DNA of 64,000 nt from Eledone cirrhosa (GCA_964016885.1 OZ024752.1:22630001-22694000), one strand, 5' to 3'. Counted from the first letter of the stretch, positions 1 to 15,206 are shown. Numbers and translations are program-made. Notes: generated by a model from the sequence alone, not told the origin.

Positions 1-2250
1 TCTCTTCTAGTTGTCTCACTAAGCAGAGGGCATCTGTTGTACTTTTCCCAGGCACAAAACCAAACTGCATCTCATCTAGTTTGACCCTTTCTCTAATCAG
101 TTGTGCTAATATTCTCTCTCCCACTTTCATAACCTGATCCATCAGCTTAATGCCCCTATAATTGCTCCTCTCCAGAGCATCCCCTTTACCTTTGTAGCAA
201 TTTATGAGAATACTGCTGCACCAGTCTTTGGGTATGACACCACCATATATAGCTTGATTGATGATGCATGCAACCAGTTTAGTGCCAACTTCTCCTGATG
301 CCTTCAGCATCTCAGCAACTATCCCCGACGTTCCAGCAGCCTTACCATTCTTCTTTTCCTTAATTGCCTCTTGTACCCTATATTCGTCAATCTCAATAGC
401 TGGTCCCACTGTCGGGTCTACTGGGGCTAATTTTTCTCTCTCCCATTCGTTCTCCACATTCATCAGTGTCTCATAATGACATTTCCAGGCCTCTTTTTTC
501 TGATCATTCGTGACACAAAGTACACCGGCATCATTCCGGACACATTTATCTCCAACAACATCCTGATTTGCACTGACACACTGGCTTGCAATGCAGAACA
601 CCGCATGTCGCTGATCTTCCCGTCGCAAAACATTGGCAAACCTCCTACTCTCAGCCTCCCTGTGGGCTAAGTACACCTGACGTCTAGCTTCTCTCTTAAC
701 GGCTGTATATCCTTCTCTACTACCACCCTTTTTCCAAGCCTTCCATGCCAGTCTTTTGTCTCTAATGGCCCTATCTACCATGCTGTTCCACCACCAGGTC
801 ACTCTCTGTCTGGTTGAAGCTCTGCCTCAGCCACAAGTTTCTTCAGTAGCCTGCAGTAAGTTGTCACGCAAGAAATTCCAGTTATCATCTATGTCATACA
901 AGTCTAAATCGTCTTCTTTTTCATTATACACATCTTGAAGGGCTTTGCTAAATTTATATTTTAGTGAAAGGTCTTTTAGCTTCCAGACCTTTCTTCTCCA
1001 CACTTTCCTGTATATCTCATTCTTTCTCTTGCTTACTGAGATGTCACTAACGACTAACCTATGCTGTGGGGTACATTCTTCCCCGGGGTATGCCTTAATT
1101 TTTGACACCATCTGTTTGTCTCGCTGTCTAACTAGCAGGAAGTCAATCTTGCTTATGTGCTCGCCTGATTTGTAGGTTATTAGGTGGTTGGTAGGATTCT
1201 GGAAGTTAGTGCTGCAAATGGTTAGTACACTTGCACCACAAAATTCAAGAAGCCTCACTCCTTCATTTCTTGAGCCGTAACCGTGCCCACCATGTACCCC
1301 AGTGTAACCATCCTGGAGCTGTCCAACATGACCATTGAAGTCCCCTGCTAGCATAAAGATGTCTCCGTCCTCTGTCATTCAGGCTGTTTGTAAAAGTTGC
1401 TCGTAATAGCCGTCTTTCTCTTCTTTACCTAGGCCTGCCTGGGGAGCATAGGTAGAGATGATTGTCAGCAGTCTATTGCCTACAACTAATCTAAGCTTAA
1501 TTATTCTATTACTAACTCTAACTACCTCTATTGTCTTATCAATTCATCTCTCAGCCAGTAATTGCCTACCCTTCCTAACCCATCATCATTACCCACCCAG
1601 AAAAGCTTATAACTACGATGTTTGCTTGCGATTAGTCTTGCAGTGGCACCTCTCCATCTCACCTCTTGCACACATCCACAGGCCTTTTCTCCAGCATCTC
1701 CACTATCTCACCAGATCTACCTGTTAGAGTGCCAACATTAAGTGTGGAAACTCTGAGATGCGACGTCTCGTTCTTTTTCCTGCTGTGCGATTGCTTGATG
1801 ACGGTCGTGGTGTTCTCACACATGGCCTCACTAGCCACCCCACTACCATGCACAGCCCTAACATGGTTAGTGTTATTGCTGTTTACGCAGTTGTTTTGTG
1901 CGATTGCTTGATGGCGGTCGTGGGGTTCTCGCACATGGCCACACCAGCCACCCCACTACCGTGCACAGCCCTAACATGGTTAGTGTTATTGCTGTTTACG
2001 CAGTTGTTGCAAATCTCATTTGTTGTGCTCATAGTTTTTGGCTGTAGTATATATACTGGTTAGATGCCCTTCCTAACACCAACACCACTTTATAGCATGG
2101 ACTGGCTGCTTTTATTCGTGCTACCAGCACTAGAGGGGCCGTCTTACTGGACTTAGGGGACTTCTCTACTCCGCACCAATTTATTCGGAGAGGTAGCTCT
2201 CCTAGACGGGTTGCCTACACTATGGCTTCTGGAGCCTCCGTCTGCCCCTA
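1..2250 (-). mobile_element. Degenerate RTE-clade LINE, 5' portion (5'UTR, APE endonuclease, start of RT); continues off the left edge
   Basis: Minus ORF pieces give APE motifs (STLNVGTL, AGDFNGHVG, IDFLLVR..QHRLVVSD) and the RT N-terminus with frameshifts. ~115-bp tandem duplication at ~1802-2008. RTE-type UTR motif near 2061-2230. Confidence 0.9.
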
Positions 2251-2529
2251 GTCTGTTCTATGATATATTCACGAGGGATTGGTTATCATACAACGTCAGG
2301 CATGCATACCGAACGTGGTGGAGGTTTAAGTGAGAAGGAAAATTGCTATACGTACAAATTTATATCAACACAGTTTATATCACATACAAATGGCTATACG
2401 TACAAATTTATATGCAAAACAATCAACACCGTTTATAACACATACAAATCACATACATATATATATATCCAGCGAACCTCAACCGTTAAGGTTGTCTTAA
2501 TGCAGATATGTCAATATTTATTTATTCCA

Positions 2530-2730
2530 CGCTGTATGTGGCCGTGTAGGTAACACGGTAAAAACCTCCCAGTCCACACTGTAAACGTGGTTGGTGTTAG
2601 GAAGGGCATCCAGCTGTAGAAAACCCGCCAGACAGTCCTGAGCAAGACAACCAATCTTGCCTCAAGTGGGACAATTCCCGTCCAGACCCATGCTAGCGTG
2701 GAAAATGGACGTTAAACGATGTTGATGATG
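2530..2730 (+). mobile_element. RTE LINE 3' end fragment
   Basis: ggttggtgttaggaagggcatccagc...ggacgttaaacgatgttgatgatg, the same 3'UTR and (GAT)n tail as the other RTE copies. Confidence 0.85.
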
Positions 2731-2941
2731 AAAACAAATTTGTATTTTATCTGATGAAAGCACACCATAATTTGCCTTGGTTGCCCTTGAAATATATATA
2801 ATAAAATAATTATGGTTTTATAAATATAGTTTCCATTTATTAATATATTGAATATTTACTCCACTAACTTGTTGAGTGCTTTATATCAGTTATAAAATTT
2901 TTAAGCTTGTTGAATCTCAACAAATTAAATATAACCTCTGC
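2731..2941 (+). mobile_element. Penelope-like pseudo-LTR 3' end fragment
   Basis: Homologous to 10830-11037, the end of the Naiad-like PLE. Contains a hammerhead and ends in (TA)n. Confidence 0.75.
2743..2808 (+). ncRNA. Minimal type I hammerhead ribozyme
   Basis: tattttat-CTGATGA-stem II (aag..acca/tggt..ctt)-GAAA-tatata-TA-ataaaata; perfect 8-bp stem I and palindromic stem III. Confidence 0.75.
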
Positions 2942-2974
<33 letters not shown>

Positions 2975-2978
2975 TATA

Positions 2979-3930
2979 TCATCATCATCATCGTTTAACG
3001 TCTATCTTCCACGCTAGCATGGGTTTATACTGGAATTATCCCACTTGAGGCAAGATTGGTTGTCTTGCTCATATAGGACTGTCTGGCAGGTTTTCTACAG
3101 CTGGATGCCCTTCCTAACACCAACTACGTTTATAGTGTGAACTGGGAGGTTTTTACCGTGTTACCTACACGGCCACATTACAGTGTGGACTGTTGTTTTT
3201 TTTGTTGTGACACCTACACGACCTCATCTATTTAGGACTGGATGTTGTGGTACCAACATAACTTTACAGAGAAAGGGGTGGTGTTGATGGGGGTGGAGTT
3301 GAGGTAGTGGGATGGGGGTGTACATTTGATTAAGAGGTGCCTACTGACTAGGTTTTGCTTTGTACTTGAGAAAGGCGGGTCTTCTGTATTACTGTGTAGC
3401 ACCAAAGATCTCGGTCCAGTGACATTGTCTTGGAGAGGTGTAAGTGTGTAAGGTCGGAATTTATGAAATCTCCCAGGTTTTTCTGGGTCTGCCTACTCCG
3501 TAACTTCCATCAATTTTGATCGCCCTGCACTTTTTTATACAGCTGTCATCTTTCATGCACATCTGATCCCTCTTATTCCTAATTTCTCACTTAGTTCATT
3601 TATGCTCTGCTGTTCATGTATATTACTATTACACATCCAACGGAGCATGAATGCTTCGTTCCTCTCCAGTCTGCGCAGGTCCTCTGCACACAATGCCCAT
3701 GTCTCACTGCCATGTAACATTGGTGTTTGTATGCAGGCATCATACAGTCTGCCTTTCATTTTTAGAGAGAAACCTTTAGCAGCCAACAGTGGTATTAGCT
3801 CTCTGAACATTTTCCACCCTGTTCTGACTCTGGCTACTGTACTTTTCAGAGAACCCTCCACCACTGCTGATTTTGTCACCCAGGTAACGGAAGGTGTCCA
3901 TTATTTCTATAGAGCCATCTGGGCAATAGG
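2979..3930 (-). mobile_element. RTE LINE 3' fragment with internal deletions
   Basis: (ATC)n tail at left; ORF 3553-3879 is the RTE C-terminal region (LHGSETWAL). Confidence 0.9.
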
Positions 3931-4045
3931 AGCTAGTATCCTATATACAAATCTCATACATATAAACATGTACAAATCTGATGCAAAAACCAAACCGAAA
4001 AGTTTGGAGACATGAAAATAAATAAACTTATCTTAACAAAGTCTT

Positions 4046-5093
<1,048 letters not shown>

Positions 5094-5094
<1 letters not shown>

Positions 5095-6434
5095 TAATAC
5101 AATAACAGAGATAGTTTAAAGCTAATCTCTGACTGGTAACCATCTCACTCAACAAACATTAGGTTATATTTTAATATAAACCCAATTTAAGTGTTTGGGG
5201 TGCTAACAATATGTATTATGTGGAAAAGCCAGTTGTATTATTTTATGAGATATAATTAAAGTTAAAATATATCTCTCTTTCCAAACAATTGTTTCATAAG
5301 TTTTCTACAAATTCGGAGAATATTTCCAGTTTATGTAGAAGCCTAATATACATTCATGTAAGAATATATTTAGGTGGGCGCTTATAAATCATCAGTGGAA
5401 GCCCAATAAACTTTGATATAAGAAAAACATTTCTTACCACAGTTAAAAATCATGTCCGTTAAGTTGCTCCTTCCCGCATTGAATGACCGGCAAATTTGAA
5501 ATTCCAGCAGTTTTTGACTGAGGAAGTTTTATAGCGTCACTAAGCGGGAAGGGGAGACAACCACGATCCAAGAAAGGAGGAAAAAAAATAATATACATGC
5601 GGGTTAATCAGTTTTTTCGAAAGCATTATCAATCCAACGTGTTAAGAACTCAATTGAAATTAAAAAAATAAAAATATGCGTGTATAAATTACACACGCAT
5701 ATAGATATTTTCTTAGGCTAAAAACAGAGGTTGTACCTGAATAAGAAACCGCATCTCGTAACCGTAGTAAATACGGAAAGTTATGCTTTAAAGGGCAAAT
5801 GGGAATGTAAATCTCCGGCCGAATTAAGAGTAAAATATAAAACACACGCGGGTTAATTAGTTATTTCAAAACCAATATCAATTCCTCGTGTAAAGAACTC
5901 AATTAATTTAAAAAAATAAATGTATGCATGTAATTATATACATAGGCATATATATATTTTCTTAGGCTAAAATACAGAGAAGTTACAACCAATAAAAACC
6001 ACAATATCGCACAACAGTAATAAATACGGAAAGTCAAATTTATAAGGTACCTGGAAATAAATACCTCTGGCCAATCAAGAGTAAAATATTAATACAATAA
6101 CAGAGATAGTTTAAAGCTAATCTCTGACTGGTAACCATCTCACTCAACAAACATTAGGTTATATTTTAATATAAACCCAATTTAAGTGTTTGGGGTGCTA
6201 ACAATATGTATTATGTGGAAAAGCCAGTTGTATTATTTTATGAGATATAATTAAAGTTAAAATATATCTCTCTTTCCAAACAATTGTTTCATTATAAGTA
6301 TTCTACAAATTCGGAGAATATTTCCAGTTTATGTAGAAGCCTAATATACATTCATGTATCTGTTTCGTTGGCCTAATGGTAGGTGTTAGAGACTATGTAG
6401 ACACTGATGTGGTGTTCAATCTCAGTCCGAATCT

Positions 6435-6530
<96 letters not shown>

Positions 6531-6538
6531 TATATATA

Positions 6539-6595
<57 letters not shown>

Positions 6596-6719
6596 TAGTA
6601 ATAAATACGGAAAGTCAAATTTATAAGGTACCTGGAAATAAATACCTCTGGCCAATCAAGAGTAAAATATTAATACAATAACAGAGATAGTTTAAAGCTA
6701 ATCTCTGACTGGTAACCAT
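5094..6719 (-). repeat. 994-bp repeat unit (one full copy plus partial copies from 6088 and ~6597), PLE pLTR/retrozyme-like
   Basis: attaatacaataacagagatag at 5094, 6088 and 6669; internal divergent ~249-bp direct repeat (5596/5845); hammerhead on the minus strand. Confidence 0.8.
5279..5400 (-). ncRNA. Hammerhead ribozyme candidate with greatly extended stem II
   Basis: Minus strand: ttcca-CTGATGA-tttataag...~85 nt...cttat-GAAA-caattg-TT-tggaa. The second copy (6280-6298) has a longer ttataag/cttataa pairing arm. Confidence 0.6.
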
Positions 6720-7286
6720 ACGGCGAGCTGGCCATATTCACTGAACCAGAACATTTCTCCCAATCCCTTTTCTCTTGACCACTATCTCTCCATTGTCATA
6801 ACATTCACTATAAAGACTACAGAATAGTTTTCCAAATAAGGGTGCAAAAATGTAATAAAAACTTGTTCACGTGACAGCCAAATTTCATTTATAACCAACC
6901 AAAAAAAAGCCTTCGTGAGCCTCCTTTTTTCAAGTAAAACGAAATTCAAACACTCATATATGAAAAAACAACCTGTGACAACCCCCCCCCCCCTCTCTTA
7001 TTTGAAGAACTATTGTAACGCGAACTGGCGCAAAATTTATTATAATTATTGACAAACCAATCAAATTACTTCTCGAAAAACCTGGAATTTCGAGCCACTT
7101 TTTCCATATAAAACAAGTAACATTCACAGACCAACCAGATGTGAGAAAAACCACAGACCCTCCATCTCAGCTCACCTTTTGAAAAGCGGAAGAACTGCGA
7201 AATCGGTAAAGGAACCAAATAAATATATATATTTTTTTAAAAAATAAGACTTCAGTTGCATTTTCGATTTCATCTCTTTTTCTTTA

Positions 7287-7290
<4 letters not shown>
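6720..7290 (+). mobile_element. Solo 3' pLTR fragment of the Neptune-like PLE
   Basis: Near-identical to 27617-28185; includes the variant hammerhead at 7175-7212. Confidence 0.9.
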
Positions 7291-7364
<74 letters not shown>

Positions 7365-7398
7365 ATATAATATATATATATTTATATATATATATATA

Positions 7399-7665
7399 GT
7401 AATAATAATAAAATTGAAGACTAAAATCCAGAGAGGGCTCGATAAGGAAAATATATATCAAATATATAAGAACCGAAGAGCAAATATTTATTAAAATAAC
7501 AGATTAAAGTTTAAGCAAAGAATCGCTGCTTTCACCCTTTGCAACGTTTTTTGAAATATCCAGTTCTGCGTTTACAGATTGACTTTGTTAGTTTCAGAAG
7601 ATCCCGTTAAGGGTGAAAGCAGCGATTCTTTGCTTAAACTTTAATCTGTTATTTTAATAAATATA
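7399..7665. repeat. Fragment of a dispersed repeat with ~56-bp perfect inverted arms (7484-7539 / 7609-7664)
   Basis: The arms are exact reverse complements. The left flank recurs at 32229-32320 and, inverted, near 34890-34945 and 35331-35375. Confidence 0.7.
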
Positions 7666-7677
7666 TATATATATATA

Positions 7678-8110
7678 TCATCATCATCATCATCATCATC
7701 ATCAGGTTTAGCGTCCGTGTTCCACGCTTGCATGGGTTTGGACGGGGGTTTTCCCACTTGAGGCAAGAGTGGTTGTCTTGCTCGCATAGGACTGTCTGGC
7801 GGGTTTTCTACAGTTGGATGCCCTTCCTAACACCAACCACATTTACAGTGTGGGGCTGGGAGGTTTTTACCGTGTTGCCTACACGGCCACATTACAGCGT
7901 GGACTGTCTGGCGGGTTTTCTACAGCTGGATGCCCTTCCTAACACCAACCACATTTACAGTGTGGGGCTGGGAGGTTTTTACCGTGTTGCCTACACGGCC
8001 ACATTTACAGCGTGGACTGTGTGTTTTTTGTCGTGACACCTACACGATCTCATTTGTTTTGGCCTGGATGTTGTGGGACCAACATAACTTTACATTGAAA
8101 GGGGCGGTGT
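7678..8110 (-). mobile_element. RTE 3'UTR fragment with internal ~117-bp duplication
   Basis: (ATC)n tail; duplicated ggatgcccttcctaacacc block; same variant as 16808-17375. Confidence 0.9.
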
Positions 8111-8147
8111 ATATATATATATTTATATTTATATATTTATATATATA

Positions 8148-8187
<40 letters not shown>

Positions 8188-8229
8188 CAATATTAAATAA
8201 ATGGAAAACTATATTTATAAAACCATATT

Positions 8230-8295
8230 TATTTCATTATATATATTTCGGGGATATCATATTAACAATATGCTATGCCTTCATCAGACAAAATA
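8230..8295 (-). ncRNA. Minimal hammerhead (inverted pLTR copy)
   Basis: Reverse complement of 10840-10905. Confidence 0.65.
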
Positions 8296-8660
8296 CAATA
8301 TAAACAGTTTTATAGATAAATATATTCGACATACCGTAATAAACATCAACTTCATTTGAAGAGGTTCACTCTAGCAGTGAAAATACAGAGAGAAAGAAAG
8401 AGAGAGAGAAAAGAGGGAAATAAGAAAGAAAGAAAGACAAAATGAAGAAAAGGAAGAAAAAGAAGAAAAAGAAGAAATGCATGGGACAAAATAGAGAGAT
8501 GGAAAAATAGATAAAGCGAAGAGCTTCATGTAAAGAGACCGAAAGAGATATATATATATATATAGAGAGAGAGGAAATAGAGATAGATACATATATAAAT
8601 ATAGATATAGAAAAATTAGGTAGTGGGAGGTCATTTTGAGTAAGTGTATCAATGATGCAT

Positions 8661-8695
<35 letters not shown>

Positions 8696-8696
8696 T

Positions 8697-9280
8697 TCCC
8701 TAGAACACATAGGTACCACTCAATCTTCAATAGGCATACAATTAAATTAACCTACTCATCCACCAAAAATTTAGCACAAAATATTAATAGAATAAATAAT
8801 AGGAACTTAAAACCTACTGATAATAGCATAAATAATATACAAGTTAACAAATGTAACTGTAGAGATAGATCTAAATGTCCGTTAAATAACAACTGCTTAG
8901 TTAAAAATATAGTATACAATTGTAATGTTAATACTGACTCTAATTCTTTTAACTATGTCAGTTCCACATCGACGGAATTTAAACTTCGCTATAATAACCA
9001 CAAGAATTCTTTCACAGATCCAAATAAAAAATCTTCAACGGCACTATCAGGTGTACTCTGGCAACTTAAGCTAGATAACGTTAGATATTCGACGGCTTGG
9101 AATATAGTCTCAAGAGGGATTCCTTTTAATTCATCCTCTGAGACATGTGACCTCTGCGCAGAGGAGATATTCTTTATACTAAAATCTAAAAATTCCCTTA
9201 ACCTACGGACAAATTTATTCAGTTGTTGCAAACATAGATTAAACTCAACGTTTAAATATAAATTTAAATTTAAAATGTAG
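8697..9280 (+). pseudogene. Truncated PLE ORF (GIY-YIG endonuclease region)
   Basis: CNCRDRSKC, NIVY..NYVSST..FKLRYNNH, CDLC. The Gly of YVG is Ser here but Gly in the 54.7-kb copy. Confidence 0.88.
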
Positions 9281-10439
9281 TATATTTAGTTTGATTTATA
9301 TTTATATGAGAACTAGCCGATAAATCTTTTGATTCCTAAATCTTTGATTCCCTCTTTTTACTCTTTTTATTGTTTATTTTATTTTATTTATTTTTATTTT
9401 TATTTTTATTTTTATTTTTATTTTTATTTTTATTTTTATTTTTATCTAAACATTCCTCATGAAAAATTAAGCTACCCTAAAAGCCGATGCTCCAAATTTT
9501 CTGAATTAACCTTACACTTGATAAACTTATATATTAAATATAGGAACATATGTAGACATTATTGGACATCATAATCTTTTTGCGATATTCCTTGCTAGAT
9601 GTGATTTGATAGATAATTTTTGGCTTTGTCTTGTAGTGAACTTGGCAATATATTGTCAATTAACCTTGAAGGGTTGTTCTTTGGGGTTTATTTTTATTTT
9701 CATTTTTATTTTTATTTTTATTTTTATTTTTATTTTTATTTTTATTTTTATTTTTATTCTTTTAGTATTGTAGTATTCTATAATATTTTTATATTTTTAT
9801 TTTTTATTTTTTATTTTTTTATATGTAAATTTTTTTTTTATATGTAAATTTTTATTTTTAATATTTTTAATATTTTTATATGTAAAGTTTTAATACGTAA
9901 TATTTTTAATACGTAGTATTTTTAATATGCAATATTTTTATTATGTAATATTCTTTCGTAATATTCTTTTTTAGTTTTCTATTCTATATTTTTATATTTT
10001 TATATATTTTTACTTATTATCATTATTATTGTTATCTCTGCTTATAATATAATATATATTTTCGATTAGTATATTGAAATCTGCTCTCTATTTCTGCTTG
10101 ATAGATAATCTTGTAGAGTAATCGCAAGAATAATAATACGCTCAAATTTTTATACCACATTGAGAATGTTTTCCGGTAACTTTGAATTTGCGGAGTGAAT
10201 CAGTTGGATTCACATAGACATATGAATTTTTCTAAAAAACTAAACATAAGATAATGAATTTTCACGCATTGTGAATACTTGTTTCATTCAGGAATACTGA
10301 TATTTACAATATAGTGTAAGTTTTATAAATACTAATACATTAAAACATAGGGTTTTCTATGTCTGGCTATTTTTAAATTTTTCTCTCTCTATATCTCTCT
10401 ATATCTCTCTATATATCTCCCTTACATTAATACTTGAGC

Positions 10440-10474
<35 letters not shown>

Positions 10475-10839
10475 ATGCATCATTGATACACTTACTCAAA
10501 ATGACCTCCCACTACCTAATTTTTCTATATCTATATTTATATATGTATCTATCTCTATTTCCTCTCTCTCTCTATATATATATATATCTCTTTCGGTCTC
10601 TTTACATGAAGCTCTTCGCTTTATCTATTTTTCCATCTCTCTATTTTGTCCCATGCATTTCTTCTTTTTCTTCTTTTTCTTCCTTTTCTTCATTTTGTCT
10701 TTCTTTCTTTCTTATTTCCCTCTTTTCTCTCTCTCTTTCTTTCTCTCTGTATTTTCACTGCTAGAGTGAACCTCTTCAAATGAAGTTGATGTTTATTACG
10801 GTATGTCGAATATATTTATCTATAAAACTGTTTATATTG

Positions 10840-10905
10840 TATTTTGTCTGATGAAGGCATAGCATATTGTTAATATGATATCCCCGAAATATATATAATG
10901 AAATA
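10840..10905 (+). ncRNA. Minimal hammerhead in PLE pLTR
   Basis: tattttgt-CTGATGA-(catatt/aatatg stem II)-GAAA-tatata-TA-atgaaata; A.C mismatch at the base of stem II. Confidence 0.65.
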
Positions 10906-11103
10906 AATATGGTTTTATAAATATAGTTTTCCATTTATTTAATATTGTAAATATACTCCAAGTATTTGTCGAGTGCTTTTATATCAGTTATAAATATTTA
11001 CTAGTTGTAACCCAACAATTTTAAATATAACTTTACATGTATATTTATATATATATATTTATATATTTATATATTTATATATATATATTTATATATATAT
11101 ATT

Positions 11104-11207
<104 letters not shown>

Positions 11208-11227
11208 TATATATATATATTTATATT

Positions 11228-11261
<34 letters not shown>

Positions 11262-11375
11262 TATATATTTATATATATATATTTATATATTTATATATAT
11301 ATATTTATATACATATATTTATATATATATATTTATATACATATATTTATATATATATATTTATATACATATATT

Positions 11376-11408
<33 letters not shown>

Positions 11409-11412
11409 ATTC

Positions 11413-11468
<56 letters not shown>

Positions 11469-11472
11469 ATTC

Positions 11473-11528
<56 letters not shown>

Positions 11529-11537
11529 ATATATATA

Positions 11538-12773
11538 TCATCATCATCATCATCATCATCAACGTTTAACGTCCGTGTTCCACGCTTGCATGGGTTTGGA
11601 CGGGGGTAGTCCCACTTGAGGCAAGAGTGATTGTCTTGCTCGCATAGGACTGTCTGGCAGGTTTTCTACAGTTGGATGCCCTTCCTAACACCAACCACAT
11701 TTACAGTGTGGGTCTGGGAGGTTTTTACCGTGTTGCCTACACGGCCACATTACAGCGTTGACTGTGTGTTTTTTTGTCGTGACACCTACACGATCTCATT
11801 TGTTTCGGCCTGGATGGCGCGGCACCAACATAACTTTACATAGAACGGGGTGGTGTGGATGGGGTGGGGGTGGTGGTGGTGGGACGGGGTGTATTTTGTT
11901 AGAGATGCCTACTGGCTGGAGTAGGTTTTACTATATATTTAGGTAAGGCGGGTCTTCTCTGTTACTGAGTACCGCCAAAGGTCTCGGTCCAGTGACATTG
12001 TCTTGGAGAGGTGTAAGTGTGTGATGTCGGAGTTTATCAGCTCGTCCCAGATTTTTCTAGGTCTGCCTATTCCGTGACTACCGTCTATCTTTATTGCCCT
12101 GCACTTTGTTATACAGCTATCGACTTTCATGCGCATCACGTGTCCATACCAACGTAGCCTTCTCTCGAGTAAACAACATCTGATCCCTCTTATCTCTAAT
12201 TTTTTTCCTTAGTTCGTTTATGCTTTGCCGTTCACGTATATTACTGTTACACATCCAGCGGAGCATGCAAGCTTCGTTCCTCTCTAGTCTGCGTATATCC
12301 TCTGCACACAATGACCAGGTCTCACTGCCATGCAGCATTGTTGTTCGTATGCAGGCATCGTACAACCTGCCTTTCATTTTTAGGGAGAACCCTTTAGCAG
12401 CTAATAGTGGTATAAGCTCTCTGAACTTTTTCCAACCAGTTCTGACTCTAGCTACAGTATTTTCAGAGCACCCTCCCCCACTGCTGATTTTATCGCCCAG
12501 GTAACGGAAGCTGTCCACTATTTCTATAGAACCCTCTGCGCAATTGAAAGAGCTAGTATTTTGTGGGCACTTGCTGCTACTTATTGCACCAGAACACCGG
12601 CCACATATAAAATCTATGTTCTTAGTTAGCTTACCTGTGATCCCACTACATCTTTTATGCACCCATACTTTGCATTTAGGACATAAAATGGAGTTTCTAC
12701 CTACGCCTTTCCTACACACCGAGCACGACCATTTCCCAGAAGGGACCGCCGCGTTGTTTTCTTTCCTACAAAC
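11538..12773 (-). mobile_element. 5'-truncated RTE LINE (PHD finger, C-terminus, 3'UTR)
   Basis: ORFs 12117-12719 and 11939-12139 are near-identical to the C-terminus of 61276-63606; frameshift in an A-run. Confidence 0.93.
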
Positions 12774-12837
12774 TATATATATTTATATATATTTATATAT
12801 ATTTATATATATATATATATTTATATATTTATATATG

Positions 12838-13166
12838 GAAGCACATGGCTTAGTGGTTAGAGCATTGGCCTTGCAATCGGAAGGTTGTGAGTTCAATTCT
12901 CAGACCGGGTGATGTGTTGTTTCCTTGAGCAAGACACTTTATTTCACATTGTTCCAGTTTACTCAGCTGTAGAAATGAGATGATAGGGACTGGGGTCCCT
13001 GTCATTCCACTGCAAAGTGGTCGTGGAGGTGCCACGGCACCCAGCACTCACTGTAAATGAGGTTGGTGTTAGGAAGGGCATCCAGCTGTAGAAATCAAGC
13101 CAGAATCAGTTCCCGTCCCACCCTTGCAAGCAGGGAAAAAGCGGACGTAAAATGAAATGATGATGA
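12838..13166 (+). mobile_element. tRNA-derived SINE with RTE-derived 3' tail
   Basis: A box TGGCTTAGTGG, B box GAGTTCAATTC, body ccttgagcaagacact; tail matches RTE 3'UTR 18940-19095; ends in (GAT)n. Confidence 0.9.
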
Positions 13167-13253
13167 TATATATATATATTTATATATATATATTTATATA
13201 TATATATATTTATATATATATATTTATATTTATAAATTTATATAATATTTATA

Positions 13254-13314
<61 letters not shown>

Positions 13315-13331
13315 CTATATATATATATATC

Positions 13332-13370
<39 letters not shown>

Positions 13371-13383
13371 ATATATTTATATC

Positions 13384-13418
<35 letters not shown>

Positions 13419-13537
13419 ATATTTATATCTATATATATATATATATATATATATCTATATATATATATATCTATATATATCTATATATATATATATATCT
13501 ATATATATCTATATATATATATATCTATATATATATA

Positions 13538-13838
13538 TAAAGTTATGTTGGTGCCGCGCCATCGAGGCCGAAACAAATGAGATCGTGTAGGTGTCACGAC
13601 AAAAAAACACACAGTCCACGCTGTAATGTGGCCGTGTAGGCAACACGGTAAAAACCTCCCAGACCCACACTGTAAATGTGGTTGGTGTTAGGAAGGGCAT
13701 CCAACTGTAGAAAACCTGCCAGACAGTCCTATGCGAGCAAGACAATCACTCTTGCCTCAAGTGGGACTACCCCCGTCCAAACCCATGCAAGCGTGGAACA
13801 CGGACGTTAAACGCTGATGATGATGATGATGATGATGA
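13538..13838 (+). mobile_element. RTE 3'UTR fragment
   Basis: Reverse complement of 11538-11836; (GAT)n tail. Confidence 0.9.
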
Positions 13839-13951
13839 TATATATATATTTATATATATATATATATATTTATATCTATATATATATATTTATATATATT
13901 TATATCTATATATATATATTTATATCTATATATATATATTTATATATATTT

Positions 13952-14472
13952 ACGGAATAGGCAGACCAAGAAAAACCTGGGACGAGCTGATAAACTCCAA
14001 CATCACACACTTACACCTCTCCAAGACAATGTCACTGGACCGAGACCTTTGGCGGTACTCAGTAACAGAGAAGACCCGCCTTACCTAAACATATAGTAAA
14101 ACCTACTCCAACCAGTAGGCATCTCTAACAAAATACACCCCGTCCCACCACCCCCACCCCATCCACACCACCCCATTCTATGTAAAGTTATGTTGGTGCC
14201 GCGCCATAGGCCGAAACAAATGAGATCGTGTAGGTGTCACGACAAAAAAACACACAGTCCACGCTGTAATGTGGCCGTGTAGGCAACACGGTAAAAACCT
14301 CACAGACCCACACTGTAAATGTGGTTGGTGTTAGGAAGTGCATCCAACTGTAGAAAACCTGCCAGACAGTCCTATGCGAGCAAGACAATCACTCTTGCCT
14401 CAAGTGGGACTACCCCCGTCCAAATCCATGCAAGCGTGGAACACGGACGTTAAACGTTGATGATGATGATGA
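13952..14472 (+). mobile_element. RTE 3' fragment (ORF end and 3'UTR)
   Basis: Reverse complement of 11538-12075 with few differences. Confidence 0.9.
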
Positions 14473-14482
14473 TATATATATA

Positions 14483-14542
<60 letters not shown>

Positions 14543-14577
14543 TATATATATATATTCCTATGCGAGCAAGACAATCA

Positions 14578-14658
14578 CTCTTGCCTCAAGTGGGAAAACC
14601 CCCGTCCAAACCCATGCAAGCGTGGAACACGGACGTTAAACGTTGATGATGATGATGA
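14578..14658 (+). mobile_element. Very short RTE 3' end
   Basis: 3'UTR terminus beginning near 14557, ending ggacgttaaacgttgatgatg. Similar stubs at 46140-46235 (+) and 46980-47158 (-). Confidence 0.85.
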
Positions 14659-14676
14659 TATTTATATATATATATT

Positions 14677-14707
<31 letters not shown>

Positions 14708-14740
14708 ATTTATATATATATAAATATATTTATATATATT

Positions 14741-14776
<36 letters not shown>

Positions 14777-14903
14777 TATATATATATGTTTATAATATAT
14801 ATATTTATATATATATATATATATATAGATTTATATATATATATATAGATTTATATATATATATATAGATTTATATATATATGTATTTATATATATATGT
14901 ATT

Positions 14904-14958
<55 letters not shown>

Positions 14959-15011
14959 ATATTTATATATATTTATATATATATATTTATATATATTTAT
15001 ATATATATATT

Positions 15012-15042
<31 letters not shown>

Positions 15043-15131
15043 ATATATTTATAAATGAGAGGTATAGAGATTGTTTTAGCAAGAAGCTAACGGCATTCTA
15101 TAACATATATATGCGACTATATATATATATT

Positions 15132-15206
<75 letters not shown>

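Larger units (their letters stand above)
8170..11037 (+). mobile_element. 5'-truncated Naiad-like PLE (8697-11037) with an inverted copy of its 3' region (8170-8697)
   Basis: 8697-9280 encodes a CxCx5C linker and GIY-YIG endonuclease nearly identical to 55172-55756. 8170-8697 is the reverse complement of ~10441-10950. Confidence 0.92.

Noticed and set aside
7728-8036. Recurrent small [12 protein letters not shown].../MPFLTPTTF...
   Set aside because: Antisense translation of the RTE 3'UTR; its recurrence reflects copy number only.
12838-12910. tRNA gene
   Set aside because: The tRNA-like head continues into SINE body and tail in several copies; no convincing acceptor stem.
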